NCBI GenBank assembly: GCA_034226945.1
Contig: CP120458.1
Span: 744,001-808,000, forward strand
Direction of reading: 5' to 3'
Origin: Picochlorum sp. SENEW3
Taxonomy: Eukaryota
DNA: 64,000 bases
Shown here piece by piece: positions 1 to 13,535 of this stretch. The first letter of the stretch is position 1; each line of letters starts with the position of its first letter. The notes beneath the pieces were generated by a model, which did no database searches, was not told the origin of the DNA, and saw only the letters and a program-made list of their open reading frames with translations. Position numbers and translations under genes: made by a program.

Positions 1-619
1 GGATTTGGGAGATTTGTATCGATATCAGGCAATGAGAAACCGCAAATAGAGCTTTGATGGCGTGTCGACAACTGCATTTGTGCAATGCCAGGTGATCCAG
101 TGATCAGTCTATACTGCTGTAGTGCAAAGGATTTTCTAGGATCATGTGAATTAGAACGGATGTCAAAGAAACCCAGAACGCTTGGAAATCCATACAAAGG
201 ACCATACAAGGTTTCAGTCTCACCACAGAATTGTCAGTACATGCATGTTCCCAGCCCATGGGGCTTGGCCAAACCTGGCCTACTGAAAGGGCGGTCCATC
301 CGCCCTTTCCATCCAAACATCACTATGTCGATTGAAGTGTCATGAGACTCACGTCAATAAGGGGCCCGCGAGATACCCCTGTGTTGGACTCCATACGCCA
401 ATTCCCTCGATCCGTGGTCGTTCCATACACCTGTAAGGTAACCCAAATCATAAAGTTCCTTTATTTGTATCAATCGCAGGTTTGAAATGATACAGACGTA
501 GTAGGAGTCACACAAATTGATCTTACATCGATTGATGTGCTGGTCAGTCGATATAGGGCCGTGATTGGGTGTCAGGTATGAGATGGCCACCCCATCAGCT
601 GTGTGCTTCAATCAGGCAT

Positions 620-1448
620 AGGGTTGGTACTGTGTCCAATGGGACATGTGGGCGGCGGGGTCTGAGTACCTGCCACTCCAGTGCAGGCCCTGTTGGGCCC
701 ACTGGGATGGTGCCATTCTGTCCTGGCCTGCTGTCCTTGTAGGTGATGAGCCATTCTGTTGCATGGAGGTATTCTGGCATTTCTCCGGCGTTCCTCGTAT
801 GGCTGCGAGGTGCGCATGTTATTATCTCCGCTTCTTTCGAGATGTTACCTTTGTTTGCCAAGTGTTGCATGATACTGCCCAAGAACTGTTGAAGCAGCTC
901 CGGGTGTCGAGTTGGGACACCCCGTAAGATGGCTTGTTGCGTCTGTGTCTGAGTTTCATACTGTACAGTCACCGGGAACTGTTTGTCTTCATGTTCAAAG
1001 AACATCCAGGACCCGTCATTGACGATTTTTCCGAAATGTGGCTGAAATTCCCGCAACACCCACATATTCCAGAAGACCCTCAGTGTCTTTGTTTTGGTGG
1101 CATAGTGGTGGCCGATCTTCTCCTCCGTGAACATCATCTTGTGCGGATCTTCAATGTTATCTTGCAATAAGGGTTGATTTCCGTAGGCTTGCAACCCTTG
1201 TTCGAGGTGCAAGATGATGGATCGGTCGATTCGCAACTTCAAATTTTGAATGTACGAACGTTCCGGTTCTTCATTCTCGCACTGCAGGGTGGTGGTGAAA
1301 GTCACTCTTGCTGACTTTGTTGCTTTTTCTGCTTCTCGCAGAGCCTCCATAAAGTTCTGGAGGTTGGCGACAGCCGTGGCCATCGTCGCAGGTTGCCTCT
1401 CGATGAGGAGTATTAGCTTCTCGTTATGTTCAGAAACACTACGATCTT
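620..1448 (-). mobile_element. LINE family A, 5' fragment (5'UTR plus N-terminal part of ORF1)
   Basis: Near-identical reverse complement of 18593-19420 and 28899-29726. Identity starts at aagatcgtagtg and stops at gtaccaaccct. This copy keeps ORF1 in frame through PTRHPELL. Confidence 0.9.
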
Positions 1449-1618
1449 GGGGAATAATTAAACAACAATTTTCAAAGGTAATCAATCTGTTAGCAGGTCT
1501 ATAACCCCAGAAGGATGACAAGCATCACCGAACATGGGGAGCCGGGAAAAGAGTTGGATTACTTCTATGCAGGAACGAATTTGTGCGGAGAGAATAACTC
1601 GATTGCTTTCAGTGATTC

Positions 1619-3455
1619 TTTTTTTTTTTTATAGGGGATTATTACACAGTCGAGAAATATGACGAATATCTTCCAAATCATACAAGCCCCACAGGAGGAA
1701 ATCCCTAAATAAAATGTTGAGGAATTTATAAAGGGATACAAAACCTCCTGACCTGTACATTGTCCATTGGACATACTCCTCTGTAGTGTTTTGTTTGAGC
1801 GAGTGTAGCATAGTGAATGAAACAGATTTCCTCGACCTTCCATATGACGACTGCTCCAGGTTGTGAAATTTTTACCATGGGTACCACTAAACCGTACAGG
1901 AGCAGTTGGGCCGTCATACTTCAGGCAAATCTGACTATAGTCTCACTTGGAATGCTGATGTTTGTCCTGGAAGTGGCAAGCGCTTCCTTGTTCACTGCAC
2001 GAGTGTCACTGATCTGTTTCTAGTCAGGGTCCATATCAGGGGTTTCTGTAACACCCAGCGATTGTTAGCAGGTTGCCATTTCAGGAATGGCAACTCTTTC
2101 ATTGTTGGCGATGGTGGAGGGAAGCTGGCTTTCGTTGTTTCAGCAGTTCCCAGAAGTACTGCTCTGCTGTGTGGCTGGCCTTTCTGATGATATCCTGTGG
2201 CTGTGGTGGATGTTCTGTGGTGGAGTGGTGGAGGAGTCTGTAGGCTGTTTTACGGCCCACATCCAAAGCATTGATGGTAATAATACTAATCTCAGTCCAT
2301 ATGGCATCGTCCACATCCTTTGGAGATGTGTTGCTCCATATGTTGTGAAGAAGGAGTTGGAAATGGCTGTTTGTTCCAGCAAGCATGCTTTCTGGTTTGA
2401 GGAGGCTGTAGACATGTTTGGCAATAGGGCATTCTCGGGCATAATGGTCCATTGATGCCTTCGAATGTCCACATGCACAGTCCTTGCGCCTCTCCGCTGG
2501 GAGATGACTCACGAGGAGCCCTCCTGAGTTTATATGCCATATGATCGCCTTCCACGGGTTGGGCACCCGTGCTCTCCACCATTTTCTGATGTTTCCCAGC
2601 ATCTTACCGAACCTGGGCCGTATCTCGCTCACAGTGTGTATCCAAGCAATCTGATTGTTGGTCGCTTGCTGCCATTTGACTGGGTCTGGCGAGTTGATGG
2701 TGATCAGGCGAGTGCCATCTTTCACCGTATACTTGTGGAGTGGCAACTGGTTTCCTTTGTAGCGATGCCAGCAGTAGTTCCACTGTCTTTCTTCTGTTGG
2801 ATTCCTGAATACTGAGTTGATCAGCGAGTGCAATGAGATCTCGTTGTCCTCGCTGTATTCCATGAGAGCCGGGTGGACTCCGGTAACTCACACGGCTGGG
2901 TGAGGAGCCTGAGAGCCATGATCTTTGTTGGCCTGTTGGTTCTTCTGTAGTGTGCTGTGGCATTCCATACCAGCGTGGACCAGACGGTGGTGGTGCCTAA
3001 CACGAGAAGCTTGATGAGCCATTTATATTGACGGGCCTTGATATGTTCCCGAAAGGGGAGCATGCCCAGGCCGCCAAGATCGGCTCTAGACTGTATTGCT
3101 TCGTTTTTCCAGCATGGTGCATCTGGTGGTAAAAGCTTCCTTGCCATCTTATGGATGCCATCGACTATGGATGGCGGTGTATAGATAAATTCTGCAGCAT
3201 AGAGTACTTTGGAGGTGACAAATTTGTTGAAGAGGTCAAATTTTGCAAAGATGGACAGTCCTGTCATACGCTTGATTTTATCCGTGAGCTGCTGGAGTTG
3301 GGACATTTTGCTTTGCCAATGGTATGTCGGAGCGTCAATTCCGCAGTGTAGTGTCACACCTAGGATTTTTGCTTCTGTTGTGACCTTGAAGTCATCGATC
3401 TGTTGCTTGTGATGCAGGGTCTTGAGGGCGCCTATGGGCAAGAGTTTGGTCTTCT
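1619..3455 (-). mobile_element. LINE family A, 5'-truncated copy (end of RT, CCHC zinc knuckle, 3'UTR, poly-A)
   Basis: Near-identical reverse complement of ~32620-34449; poly-T at 1619-1630; CACGH..MDHYAREC knuckle in ORF 2099-2863. Confidence 0.92.
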
Positions 3456-3530
3456 AAGGTAAAGGAGCTAAACGCTGAACTTGAAGCAGAATATTTTCTC
3501 ACCCATTGGCCAGTCAGGTTAAAATTTTCC

Positions 3531-4082
3531 ATGCCATCTTCCTGTCAAAGATCTCAAGATTCGAGTGATGACCAATCAACTCTCGTGCAGTCATTCGCAA
3601 AATTCTCTCTAATCAAAAGGGTGGGACAGAAGTTCACACATCAGCAAAAAACTCCAGGAGCCCGTTCGACACGCACCCCTGAAGAGGAGGTTCCAATGTC
3701 TCAAATTTATTCAAATTTGACAGATAATGATTTCAGAACAGGTGAAGTGCGCAAATTCCGAGAGACTGGGAAAACTGTACTTATTGTACGCTTAGAGAGT
3801 CAAAATGTTAGGCCTTTGTGGGATCGCCTTGAAAGAGCCTTAGTTGGACCTCCTCTAAATGGTAGGATTGATCTTTGTGACAAGACGTGGGAAGTTACGG
3901 TTGGACGTCACATAGCTGACAAGGCCAACATGGAGAATTATGAAATAAGACTCAAGGAGACAGAACCTTGTATCTATCCAAATATTGATCGGCAAAAGAG
4001 AGCTCAAATCAAATTGCACGTTACGAAATGTCGGGAAGATGCAGTTAGACTTGTTGGTGAAGATATGATCAGGAGGGTGTAA
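3531..4082 (+). CDS. Hypothetical protein (up to 183 aa), no recognised domain
   Basis: Open frame with globular-looking composition, followed by an AT-rich palindromic tract. No motif recognised. Confidence 0.35.
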   Translation: MPSSCQRSQDSSDDQSTLVQSFAKFSLIKRVGQKFTHQQKTPGARSTRTPEEEVPMSQIYSNLTDNDFRTGEVRKFRETGKTVLIVRLESQNVRPLWDRLERALVGPPLNGRIDLCDKTWEVTVGRHIADKANMENYEIRLKETEPCIYPNIDRQKRAQIKLHVTKCREDAVRLVGEDMIRRV

Positions 4083-4753
4083 TGCTTCACCAGGGAGAGT
4101 GGGCTGCCTTGTAAATATAAATTTATATATAAATTTATATATAAATTTTATCGAAAAAATGGCAGGGAGGGCATCAGAGCAGAGGCTGATGGACAGGTCT
4201 GTGCAGATGAGTGTGAGCCAGGATGGTTAACTTTTCTGCTCTGGTGATGTATCAGCTGAGGTGTTGAGCATGCATTGTCATCATGTCAGCATGGGTTTTT
4301 AATTCTCATTAAGCGTAGCGTTGCATTCAAGAAATAAAAATACTAGATAAAAAGACGCTCGTGTGGCGTACATCATTGTTCTATGGCGTCGCACATGCAT
4401 TGGCAGACATTTTTTGTTGCATCTATAGTGTACTCTATGTTTCCTCTCTTCTCTGTTGTGCTCAGGAAAAGTGTCAGTCAGAGCAAGGCATCTGCAACCT
4501 TTCCAGTGATTCTAGCCTCCCTCATGCCATATTTTTGAGCAAAGATTAATTTCTGTATTCAGAAAGACTGAAATAATAAACAGGAAATACCTCTTGACGA
4601 CGAATGTGGCATGTTGGTTCTGAGGACCTCTGGTCAAAGTTGAGTGAAAATTTTGGAAACTTTTGAGCAAAACTGACCGCATTGAATTCCCAATTCATAG
4701 TACTGTTTAAAAAATATATATAAACGCTGATTTCTTCTTGTAAAACAGTACAT

Positions 4754-5956
4754 TCATTGGCCTCTTGATGAGCAGGCGTCCTGAATGATGGCCAGGCCCT
4801 GTTCTGCAGGTTCTTGCAGGTCTGGAATACTGCAGAAGAGAGTCCATGCAGGAGATTCATCCCCATGAGATTCGCAGCCATGTGTCATAATAATAACGTT
4901 AGAATGACAGAGACAAGTTTGCTGCATGGCTGATGAAATCCTCTCCTCAAGAGTACTTGCCTTGGTACCGTCCTCAATAGAACAACAAGGTGATACAGCG
5001 TTGTAGTGACACAGCATGGTCGACACTGAATGTCGTTGGGCGTCTGCTACTTGCTTCATGGTATGATAGGATGCGTTTGACGACATGACAAGGGTAGAGT
5101 GCGCTTTACGCAGACCTTGGATTGGACGTGGCCATTGTGTGTTGTCCTGTGGTGATGCCATGGCTTGACTCAGCAGTTTGGACAAGTTCACCTTGGATAT
5201 GTGCTTGTCTGGGCTATAGGATCGATGGAGTGGATTTTGAGATGACTTATAGGTGTATGGAACGACCACGGATCGAGGGAATTGGCGTATGGAGTCCAAC
5301 AGCACAGAGTGGAGCTCATCAGTAACAGGAATGTGGGCTCCACCCTTCCTGTGTGACACCTTATCGTGCTGGATCAGAATGACAGCCTTGTCCGATGTGT
5401 GCACAAGATGGTTCTGACCTGGAGATGCCTTGTCAACGCTATCAATGATGGACAGCGCCACCCAATCTGCTCGAAGCGGTGGCTGCATGGTGTACAAGCA
5501 CAGGGCAAACCATTTCCAGTAGTCAGTAGTGTTTGCTGGGTCACTGTCGATCCTGCGTTTGATGGCATCCCTGCGACAGCATATCTCTTGGAACGTTTTG
5601 AAGTCTTTGTCCGGAATATTGTGGGCTGTTTCCTGGGTGGCTTGGATGCGTAACTCGTTGGCTTCCTGTCTCCACTTGTCTGTGGTGGGGTGATGCAGTC
5701 CAAGCTCCTTTCTCAGGACGGAAACCACGGGAAGCATCATGGACGACAAGACAGATATATTAGTATAGGTTTGTTTCATGTAGCGGTATATTTCTTCAAT
5801 GTTGGGTATGAGCCACAAGGAGTACTGTTGGACCTTGGCAGCATCAATCTTGGACCGTTTCTTGAGGCCATGCATGACTCTATAGAGCGTTTCCAATTTG
5901 GTTCTGTACGATCGCATATCCCAAGGATTGTCGACATAAAGTTGTGTTGTTCTCAT
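4754..5956 (-). CDS. Tyrosine recombinase/integrase of the type found in Polinton-like viruses, virophages and large DNA viruses
   Basis: LYTMQPPLRADW (catalytic R), HDKV (K), IQGLRKAH (second R) and VADAQRHSVSTMLCHY (H...Y) in the expected order; intronless 400 aa. Confidence 0.8.
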   Translation of the reverse strand: MRTTQLYVDNPWDMRSYRTKLETLYRVMHGLKKRSKIDAAKVQQYSLWLIPNIEEIYRYMKQTYTNISVLSSMMLPVVSVLRKELGLHHPTTDKWRQEANELRIQATQETAHNIPDKDFKTFQEICCRRDAIKRRIDSDPANTTDYWKWFALCLYTMQPPLRADWVALSIIDSVDKASPGQNHLVHTSDKAVILIQHDKVSHRKGGAHIPVTDELHSVLLDSIRQFPRSVVVPYTYKSSQNPLHRSYSPDKHISKVNLSKLLSQAMASPQDNTQWPRPIQGLRKAHSTLVMSSNASYHTMKQVADAQRHSVSTMLCHYNAVSPCCSIEDGTKASTLEERISSAMQQTCLCHSNVIIMTHGCESHGDESPAWTLFCSIPDLQEPAEQGLAIIQDACSSRGQ

Positions 5957-6187
5957 ACATGGGGGAAGAGATAAAAATTTTGGAAATTTTTTTACGCACG
6001 GGGTAACTCAATTGACGGTACATCTTTGGCCTAGGCTTCCTTGGTTGCAGTTGGGAACTACCATTGTATTTGTCAAAGTAACGTTAGAGAGGCCACTAAC
6101 GTTATTATGTCGACCTTGAGCGATGACCATCACTTATACAGTGAAATGGCATGGAAGTATGTTGTCCATAAAGTCTCAAGTACTATT

Positions 6188-6430
6188 GTGGAACACCGGA
6201 ACAGTGGTGGAACAGTAGTGGAACAGTTGTATATTTCCCCCTTGGTCTTCAAGTTTCTTTTTTACGTGTAAGCAAGGCACCTGTAGGGTATAATTGAAAG
6301 AATGTCATAAATGGAACAGTGGAACAGTAGTTTTCAGGGTTTTTGGTCTATGGGCTTGAGTCATGCAAGACATCCAAAATCTCCCAGAAAAAAAAAGTTT
6401 GAGAGGTGTTCCACTGTTCCGCTGTTCCAC
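6188..6430. repeat. Iteron-like array of GGAACA(G) units in converging orientation
   Basis: Six ggaaca copies at 6188-6326 face three tgttcc copies at 6407-6430. Confidence 0.75.
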
Positions 6431-7456
6431 CCCGGTTGCCAACCACCCCTGAGGTGTGCAAGTAGTCTACCGATATTAGCCCTTGGTGGATATCTTTTTA
6501 AAAGTTGAATGCTTTCAATAGTACTGAATGACTACTTGATAATCCATTTCCTCTCGAGCGACAGTCGGTGTAGAAAAAAGCATACCAATGGTGTAACGGT
6601 ACCGTTGGCGGCTGATCTGCATACTGCTAAGTAGAAGTATCACTGGGCCTCAATCTTTATATTCTAACCATATCACACATATTTAGGTGCTTTGCCATAG
6701 GGTGATGGCTGATGGCTGCATGTGGAGGTCATAAACAGGACGACCACAATGGCGTTGACCAGCAACAACGGCAGAGTTCAACTTGATGATATGTCCTGCA
6801 GAGGACTGAATCTCCGTGAAAACTTAGTTCAAGGCTTCAATCTCCTCATCATATACCAATCAATAGCGTGTCGGCTATCAGAAACATCGCCGCAGAGGCA
6901 CAAAGTAACTGAAGTAATTCTGGTCTTCTACTGCCTATTTCCCTCTTGACTGAGGCGAGTGGTAGCAACATGTTTCTGAGCTCTAGTCCTGTAGAGTTAC
7001 TTTAATTACTTTAGTTGCTTTGTTTTAGAGTTCAGTAGAAATTAATTTGAAAGACATGTTGGACTGTATTTTCGGACACCCATACCAAGGGGCAGTCACA
7101 AACAATGCAGAAGAAAAGTAACTAAAGTAAATCTGCATCATTGGAGTGTAAGCCATCGCATTCCAGTAGATGCATGGGCTAGAAGACAACAGTTGAAGAC
7201 ATTCAAAGTAACCCCTAAAGTAACTTTAAGTAACTGCGTCATTGACGGTCCAATATCAAACATGCCCATGTTCATGCATCTGTTGACAGGCTTGGATGTA
7301 TGCATGGACTGTTGAATCAGTCCAGCATCTTTTGATACAAGCACGATCGATATTCCGAGTATATGGATGTATAGGCTTTGGGAGATGTATGCCACACGGT
7401 TTCTTCATGTTTTTCTCAAAGTAGTAGAAATTCGGTGGAATCAGTAGTAGAGTAGT

Positions 7457-7810
7457 AAAAGTGGTAGGAGAGTTAGTGTGATAGCCAGGCATTTCTACCT
7501 TTTTTACCAATTCTACCACTTTTTTTCAAGAAAGTTTTTTGTAAACAATATAGACAAAATAGAAATGTAGGGACTTTTCTCCAAAAAAGTGGTAGAATTG
7601 GTAGGACTGAGGCTTACAGGTCACAACTGGAATAGCCTGCCTGACACATCTATGTTGCTGGAGTGTTGGTTCGGAGATGCATTTTCAAATCTGGTAGCAC
7701 TCTCAAAAGAAAAGTCTTGAAAATTAGATAGAATGCATTGGGTGGTACTCAACTCGAACACCACATTACAACAATCCATACCAACAAAAATGGTAGACAA
7801 AAGTGGTAGT
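7457..7810. repeat. Second iteron-like array (TGGTAG units) including a perfect 21-bp inverted repeat
   Basis: taccaattctaccactttttt (7505-7525) is the reverse complement of aaaaaagtggtagaattggta (7583-7603), around an AT-rich spacer; more tggtag copies near 7462, 7711, 7791 and 7804. Confidence 0.75.
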
Positions 7811-9290
7811 CAAATATGAGGATGCATGACACATAATTGCCTATGTATTCTAGGTGGTGAATGCCCCTTCTCATTACCGCACATGACAGTGTACATTTTC
7901 GCAAACTTTGGCTACTTTACACATACCACATAGAATCTTTCATAGCTTTCGTCCGGGCTGCTTGGCGTTGTCTGGCCTTGGATGCTTTGATTTGGCTGTG
8001 ACTACCGTTGGTCCAGATTTGCTTGGCGGGGCCTGTAGATCGAGCACGCTTTCTCTTAGTAGTGGTAGGTACATTATCTCGTCTTCGTTGCGTTAGCGTT
8101 GATTGAAGCACGTGTGCATGCTCAGAGTGTACTGTCCTCCACACCTGATGGCCAACCCCACTATCAAACCATTCAACCAAGGCATCTGCATGATATATGC
8201 AATTGTATTGTCGATTGATGTATTCATGCGGCCCATTACTGTTCATGTAGTCTATTTAATATGATATCACGCACCAGATACACGGAATCCCAGTTGTCTG
8301 TACGTTTCCAAGTGATTGTACTGATGATCCTGCAACGCTACCGCTACATGTGCAATCTCACAAGGGACCAAACAGAGGAAAGGGTCATCGCGATGTACCA
8401 GTGACCTCCACGATTCGCCACAATCCTGTTGTTTCGTCGAATTACCGCTGTCCTTGTTGTGTTTGGGACTCGCAGCAGCAATGGAGATCTTAGCTGCTGC
8501 ATTCCCATTCTCAGCTCCTCAACCTGCATCATCTGCATTCCACCCCATCAACGAGACTTCCTCATCATCTGTGGCCCCTTCAATATCAAGGATTGAATCT
8601 TGGGAATCTTGTACCGCCAGTGTAACGCTAGATGGAGGTGATGATGGTGGCACATCCAAATCAGTGTTTGCGTCAGATGCAACGTGCTTCTCTACCGCTG
8701 TGCCTTTTGCTTCAGTAGCGTCTTTGTCGGCTGGATCACAAGCCTCAGTGATTGGTGGTGCATTGGAATCGTCCTTGTCTGCAGGGACGTCATTCAACAC
8801 ATCACTGAGGTGTGTTTCAAAAGACTCCTTCAAGCCTGGGGAGCCCACAATCTCCACAACCTCTGCAGCAAAGAAAGGGACGGGCAATCACTCAGATGAA
8901 CGAACAAGCACCCATGGCAGGTATCACAATGCACAAAAAAAAATGCACGTACCATGCACCTGACCGCTCCTGTTCTGCCTGAGAGCTTTGACCAACAGCA
9001 CATACTGCCCACCTTCAAACGTGGACATCTTCCTCTGCAGTGTGCTCTCAGAGGATTTGACCATCCTTCTCAATTTTCGTAACGTCTTCGTTATTGGTAT
9101 AGGACGGTGGTGATCGCGCAGAACCACCCTCTTCTCCACAGCGTTGCCAGTCCCCATGCCTTGGTGTCAGACCTCCCTGTACAAGACCACATCCAACCAC
9201 ACCGTCAGCCCTACGACCCCAGCGACGCGTGCACCAACACCCTTTCTCGCAGTGCTGATAGCAAATCATGTTTAGGCAATTTATATCGCT

Positions 9291-9377
9291 GAACAATAAT
9301 TAAATAAACACTTTTCCGCTCCCGGTCTTAATTAAGCCCGCCTCTTCCTCGGGGCCTTAAATAAGGCCACTTCTCTG
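9291..9377. mobile_element. Terminus of a TA-flanked DNA transposon (Tc1/mariner-like end)
   Basis: About 87 bp shared with 34457-34543, ending ...taaggccacttctctg|TA; matches the inverted repeats at 22833 and 23034. Confidence 0.65.
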
Positions 9378-12300
9378 TATGGGGTTTGTTGGGTCAACAC
9401 TCCATGGAGTACAGAAAGGATGGTGGCCTCCTTAAATCCCAAATTTTCCTGAGGGACGTATTTTATTATTTCGACGACGCAATCAGAAAGAGGGTAATAA
9501 AACATGTCTATTGAAACAAAAATGGGGAAATTTGGTGCGATATTCGAAAAGTTATGGGGCCCTGTGTAAAATGGCTTGTGTGAAAATTTTCTGAAGTCAG
9601 GTCGACCGCCTATGGTACTAATTAAGGAAACTACGGACTCAATTAGATCACACCGATTCTTGCACAATAGCGTCGATGCATTGCTGTCTCTTGCATATTT
9701 TCAATACTTTGAATGTATATCGTTATTTGATAACAATGCTTCTCGCTGCAGCGAAGGTTGAGGCCATGGTTGGAGAGTAGGCAAGGAGTGCATCCATTTC
9801 TTTTTTGCGTGCCGTCCACTGCAAGTTTGCACTGCGGCCATTCACCCTCTAAAACTCCTTCGAGAACTTTTCAGATGGAAATTTGGCAGGCAGTATATGT
9901 GATCGGTACGCTGATCACCCTGATTTCATCCTGTCAGGGGCTCTCTGTTTGAACTACTTTGCAGCAGCTCCCAGACAATTTACTATGTCTCCTGTGGATC
10001 GACGTGAATGCATCGTTTCTTTCTTATGTGACCTGTACATTGCATATTTATTTATTTTATCTGGGTTTTAAGGTACTGCATACGGGGAACATATTCATGT
10101 ACGAGCCCAATTTGAGGAGCCACAGAATTCGTCTCCACCAGCACGACAGAGTGAGACCTCCTCTTTCGCCATTCTGCCATCGAGAATCTATTTGCTATTG
10201 CGGCCATTTCCATCACTTTGACAAGTTGTCAGATAAATGAGCGTACAGAGTAATGCGTTCCTTGCGGATGTCTTGGTTTTGGCCTTATACTTGATGCGGT
10301 TCTTCCTGATCAAACTCAGGTTCTCTGGCTCTCTGCAGATGCCCTCAGTCTATCCTTTGCAGCATCTTTAGTTGCGAAGCAAGTGACTACATTTGGGTCC
10401 ATGTTTTGTATTTAAGATAACGTGCTGCGTGCGTATGCAAGTGGAACACGGTGCCCTCAGCCACCCAGTGTTTGTTTGATGCATCATGTGGTATGGCACT
10501 CTGGTCAGATGGCCTTACCTACTGCTTGGCTCTCTCTAACGCCGCTTTAATGAGATATCACTTTGGTAACGTCGCGATAGGAATGTTTATGGAGCTCAAG
10601 GGACAAATCTAGGCCTTTCAAAGCAACGCAAGTCTGATAATTGGTGCAGTTGGCAAAAGACATCTCTCGATGTAGGAGGCACTTTGCTGTGAGCATGTTG
10701 CGCGTGGGCAACGTCTATGCCTGCGCTTCCCGGAATAGCCTGGATAAATATAGCCTATTTATCTATCTCTAGTTGTTCGGAGCCGCGAATGAGTTCAGCC
10801 TGGTGGCCTCCTGATGGGTCATATGATGCAACACAAATTGCCTCAAATGTGTCCAAGCTCCCCTGACCTTCAGTGTTTGTACAGCGACACCTGTCACCTT
10901 TCGTCCTAGAAAGCCCGATAATGTTGTTTTATGAATTCTTTGACTTTTGAATAGTCCTGACTGTCACGGTTCTCCATGGGCGGACGATTGAAGGAGTTGT
11001 TCAGAATGATATAATTTTCCTGAGTAGGGAACAGTCTCCCTGGTGTTCTCATATGCATATAGGGGCGGCTGGTCCTCTTCTTACTGTGCCCATGCCGCAA
11101 ACGATTAAAACATTTCTTCTGTTTATTATTTGATATCCAAAGGAATCAAATTATACAGAGGAGATGGCATCCCATGAGGATGCTCATAGCAAGAGACACT
11201 TGTCCAGAGTTGTGAATCCCATCTGATCCTGCCAATCGTTCAGGGCTGATCCGTCAGGCATTCCATTCGATACAACAATTGTTTTGTCGAAAAATCTGTT
11301 GGTCTGTCGTTACGAGACCTTTGAGACATGCTGCCAGGAGAAAGTACAACCTCTGTAGCAGTCCCTCTCAAGCACACATCTGGACCTTGTCTGTTGCTTT
11401 GGCATCTTAGGAGACGAGCCCACCAATGCTTCACTACCATACCAAACTGGTATGTGTTAGAGTATAGCAATGGATTGGGCTCCCAAATGCTTGAGATTCA
11501 TCGCCAATGCCGATCGACCATATGTAGACTGCCCATTCCGTCCCCTGCTTTGAGTTGCTCTTCTGTCAGCCATTTGAACCACTCAGACGTGTACAACGAC
11601 TCTATTTTCGGCCACTTCTGTCCTGAATCCTATAATTTTTGTTAATTGAATAGATTCCTGATATAGTTTAGTGGACCCCAAAGTTGTGAGAGTGCTGCAA
11701 GGGTTCCCACTGCTAGCTGCCTAAAGTCTGTTTGTACTCCATCCAACTCCTCCATCTTCATCTGTATCCGTGTCTTTACAGAACGGAGCACTACTATTGT
11801 AACGCAAAAGCATTTATGGACTTCATCCGTTTAAAGCCTGCAATATTTTTGGTCTTTCGCAGCAGACGAACTACTCCATAGTGAAATGAACCTTGTGGTG
11901 GATCAACTGCAAGAGACACGTCACAGACGGAGGCAAGATAAGCTAATATCAGCACCCATGGTACTACTTACTCAGGATTCGTCTTATTCGTGTCATCAGA
12001 AATCACCAGGACAGGCTGAGTTCTGGAAGCTCCGGGAGGAGTGAGTCCTCCACTACACTTGCAGAAGATGAACCTGGTGTTGCAGAAGCTCCCTGCATTG
12101 TAACCTCCGGACGAGTATTCCTTCGTCTTTACAGCGACCAGAAAGAACTGTGGAAATGAGATAAATTCGCTGATCATCGACGATCTGCACAAAGTCAAAG
12201 AAGAACATCTTGAATTTGATGGAAGGGCCAAAACTCTCATGTCTGACCCAATACACAAGCAAGCACTCGACACTGTCAAAGTGTCAAACATGTACACGAG

Positions 12301-13535
12301 GAGAACAGTCAGTTGAAGAGACCGCTCTCTAAGAAAGATAAGGTAGAGGATGACGCCAAGGCAGAAAGGGATATCCTCAAGAAACATGTGGCAGAACTCC
12401 AGAAGGAAGTGAAGAAACTGTTTTAGAGCAGGCGTCCAGGGGCAAAGCGTGGTGACTAACGCAGGATTGTGGCAACGAATACGCTAAAATATGTATCACA
12501 GGTGACATCCAGGTGACGGAGGCCTCTCGAGGATTAGCACTACCCATACAGCCTCAGAATGATACAGTATCAATAAATAAACAATATACTATAATGTAAG
12601 TTCCAAATTCGTAGCAGAGCGACTCGCTCACAACGTGACCAACGACATTCCATCACTAACGACCACCCTTGTATATGTGCCTGCAGGTATAGAGTCCCTC
12701 TAACCACGTCGCCAAACAATTAATAAAGGTAAGAACTGACAATTATGTGTGGTGCAGGTGTGAATAGACGTGGCATGGAGAGGACTCGCCGTCTGGCAAC
12801 AGACGGTTAACGGTTTTTCCCCAATGGTCGCCCCAGTGCCTAGAGTGGCACAACAAGGGGTGATCATTGGTGAAAAAGCAATGAATCAATCGAATTGTAA
12901 AGTATCGTGTAAAAAGAATTTAAAAATCGAGCAGCCCCGGAGGGGGCGAGCAACGATCTGTCGTAATTAGATATATTAAGTACAACCCGGCTGCGAAAAT
13001 TTGGGGCAAATCCGCTTCAGGCACTTAAAGAGACCGAAATGATCAAGACTCGATCCTCCGTACTGCGACCGTTTCAGGCACTACCGCCGCTCTAAAAAGT
13101 TGCATTAATACTTGAAAGTTCATATTGTATCCTGGGAACGGCGTTGTTCCGCCGAGAGCACAGCTTTTATACGCTCAGTTTCAAGCGCATCTGCACATCC
13201 CTCCCAGAGGCGAACTCCCGATTGCGCTAACCATTTGGCGTCAAATTTTCACGAAATACTCTATTTGTAACACTGATCAATAATATATACGAGCGGGAAT
13301 ATATAACGCCCTGTACGCGAAGAAATCAGCGACCCAAAATCAAGGGGACTGCCATCCTTTCTGTAAGTGCCAGTGACTCGCGAGTCACACAAATCATCCC
13401 ACTCAGTGATCCCGTGAACGTAAATCAATTACTGATGTCCAATCAAAAGAAAAACTATGACAACATGCACAAATATGATACAGGCTACCTCAGCCCAAAA
13501 AGGAAAGCAATGGTAAATGCAAGCTTTGGAATGCC

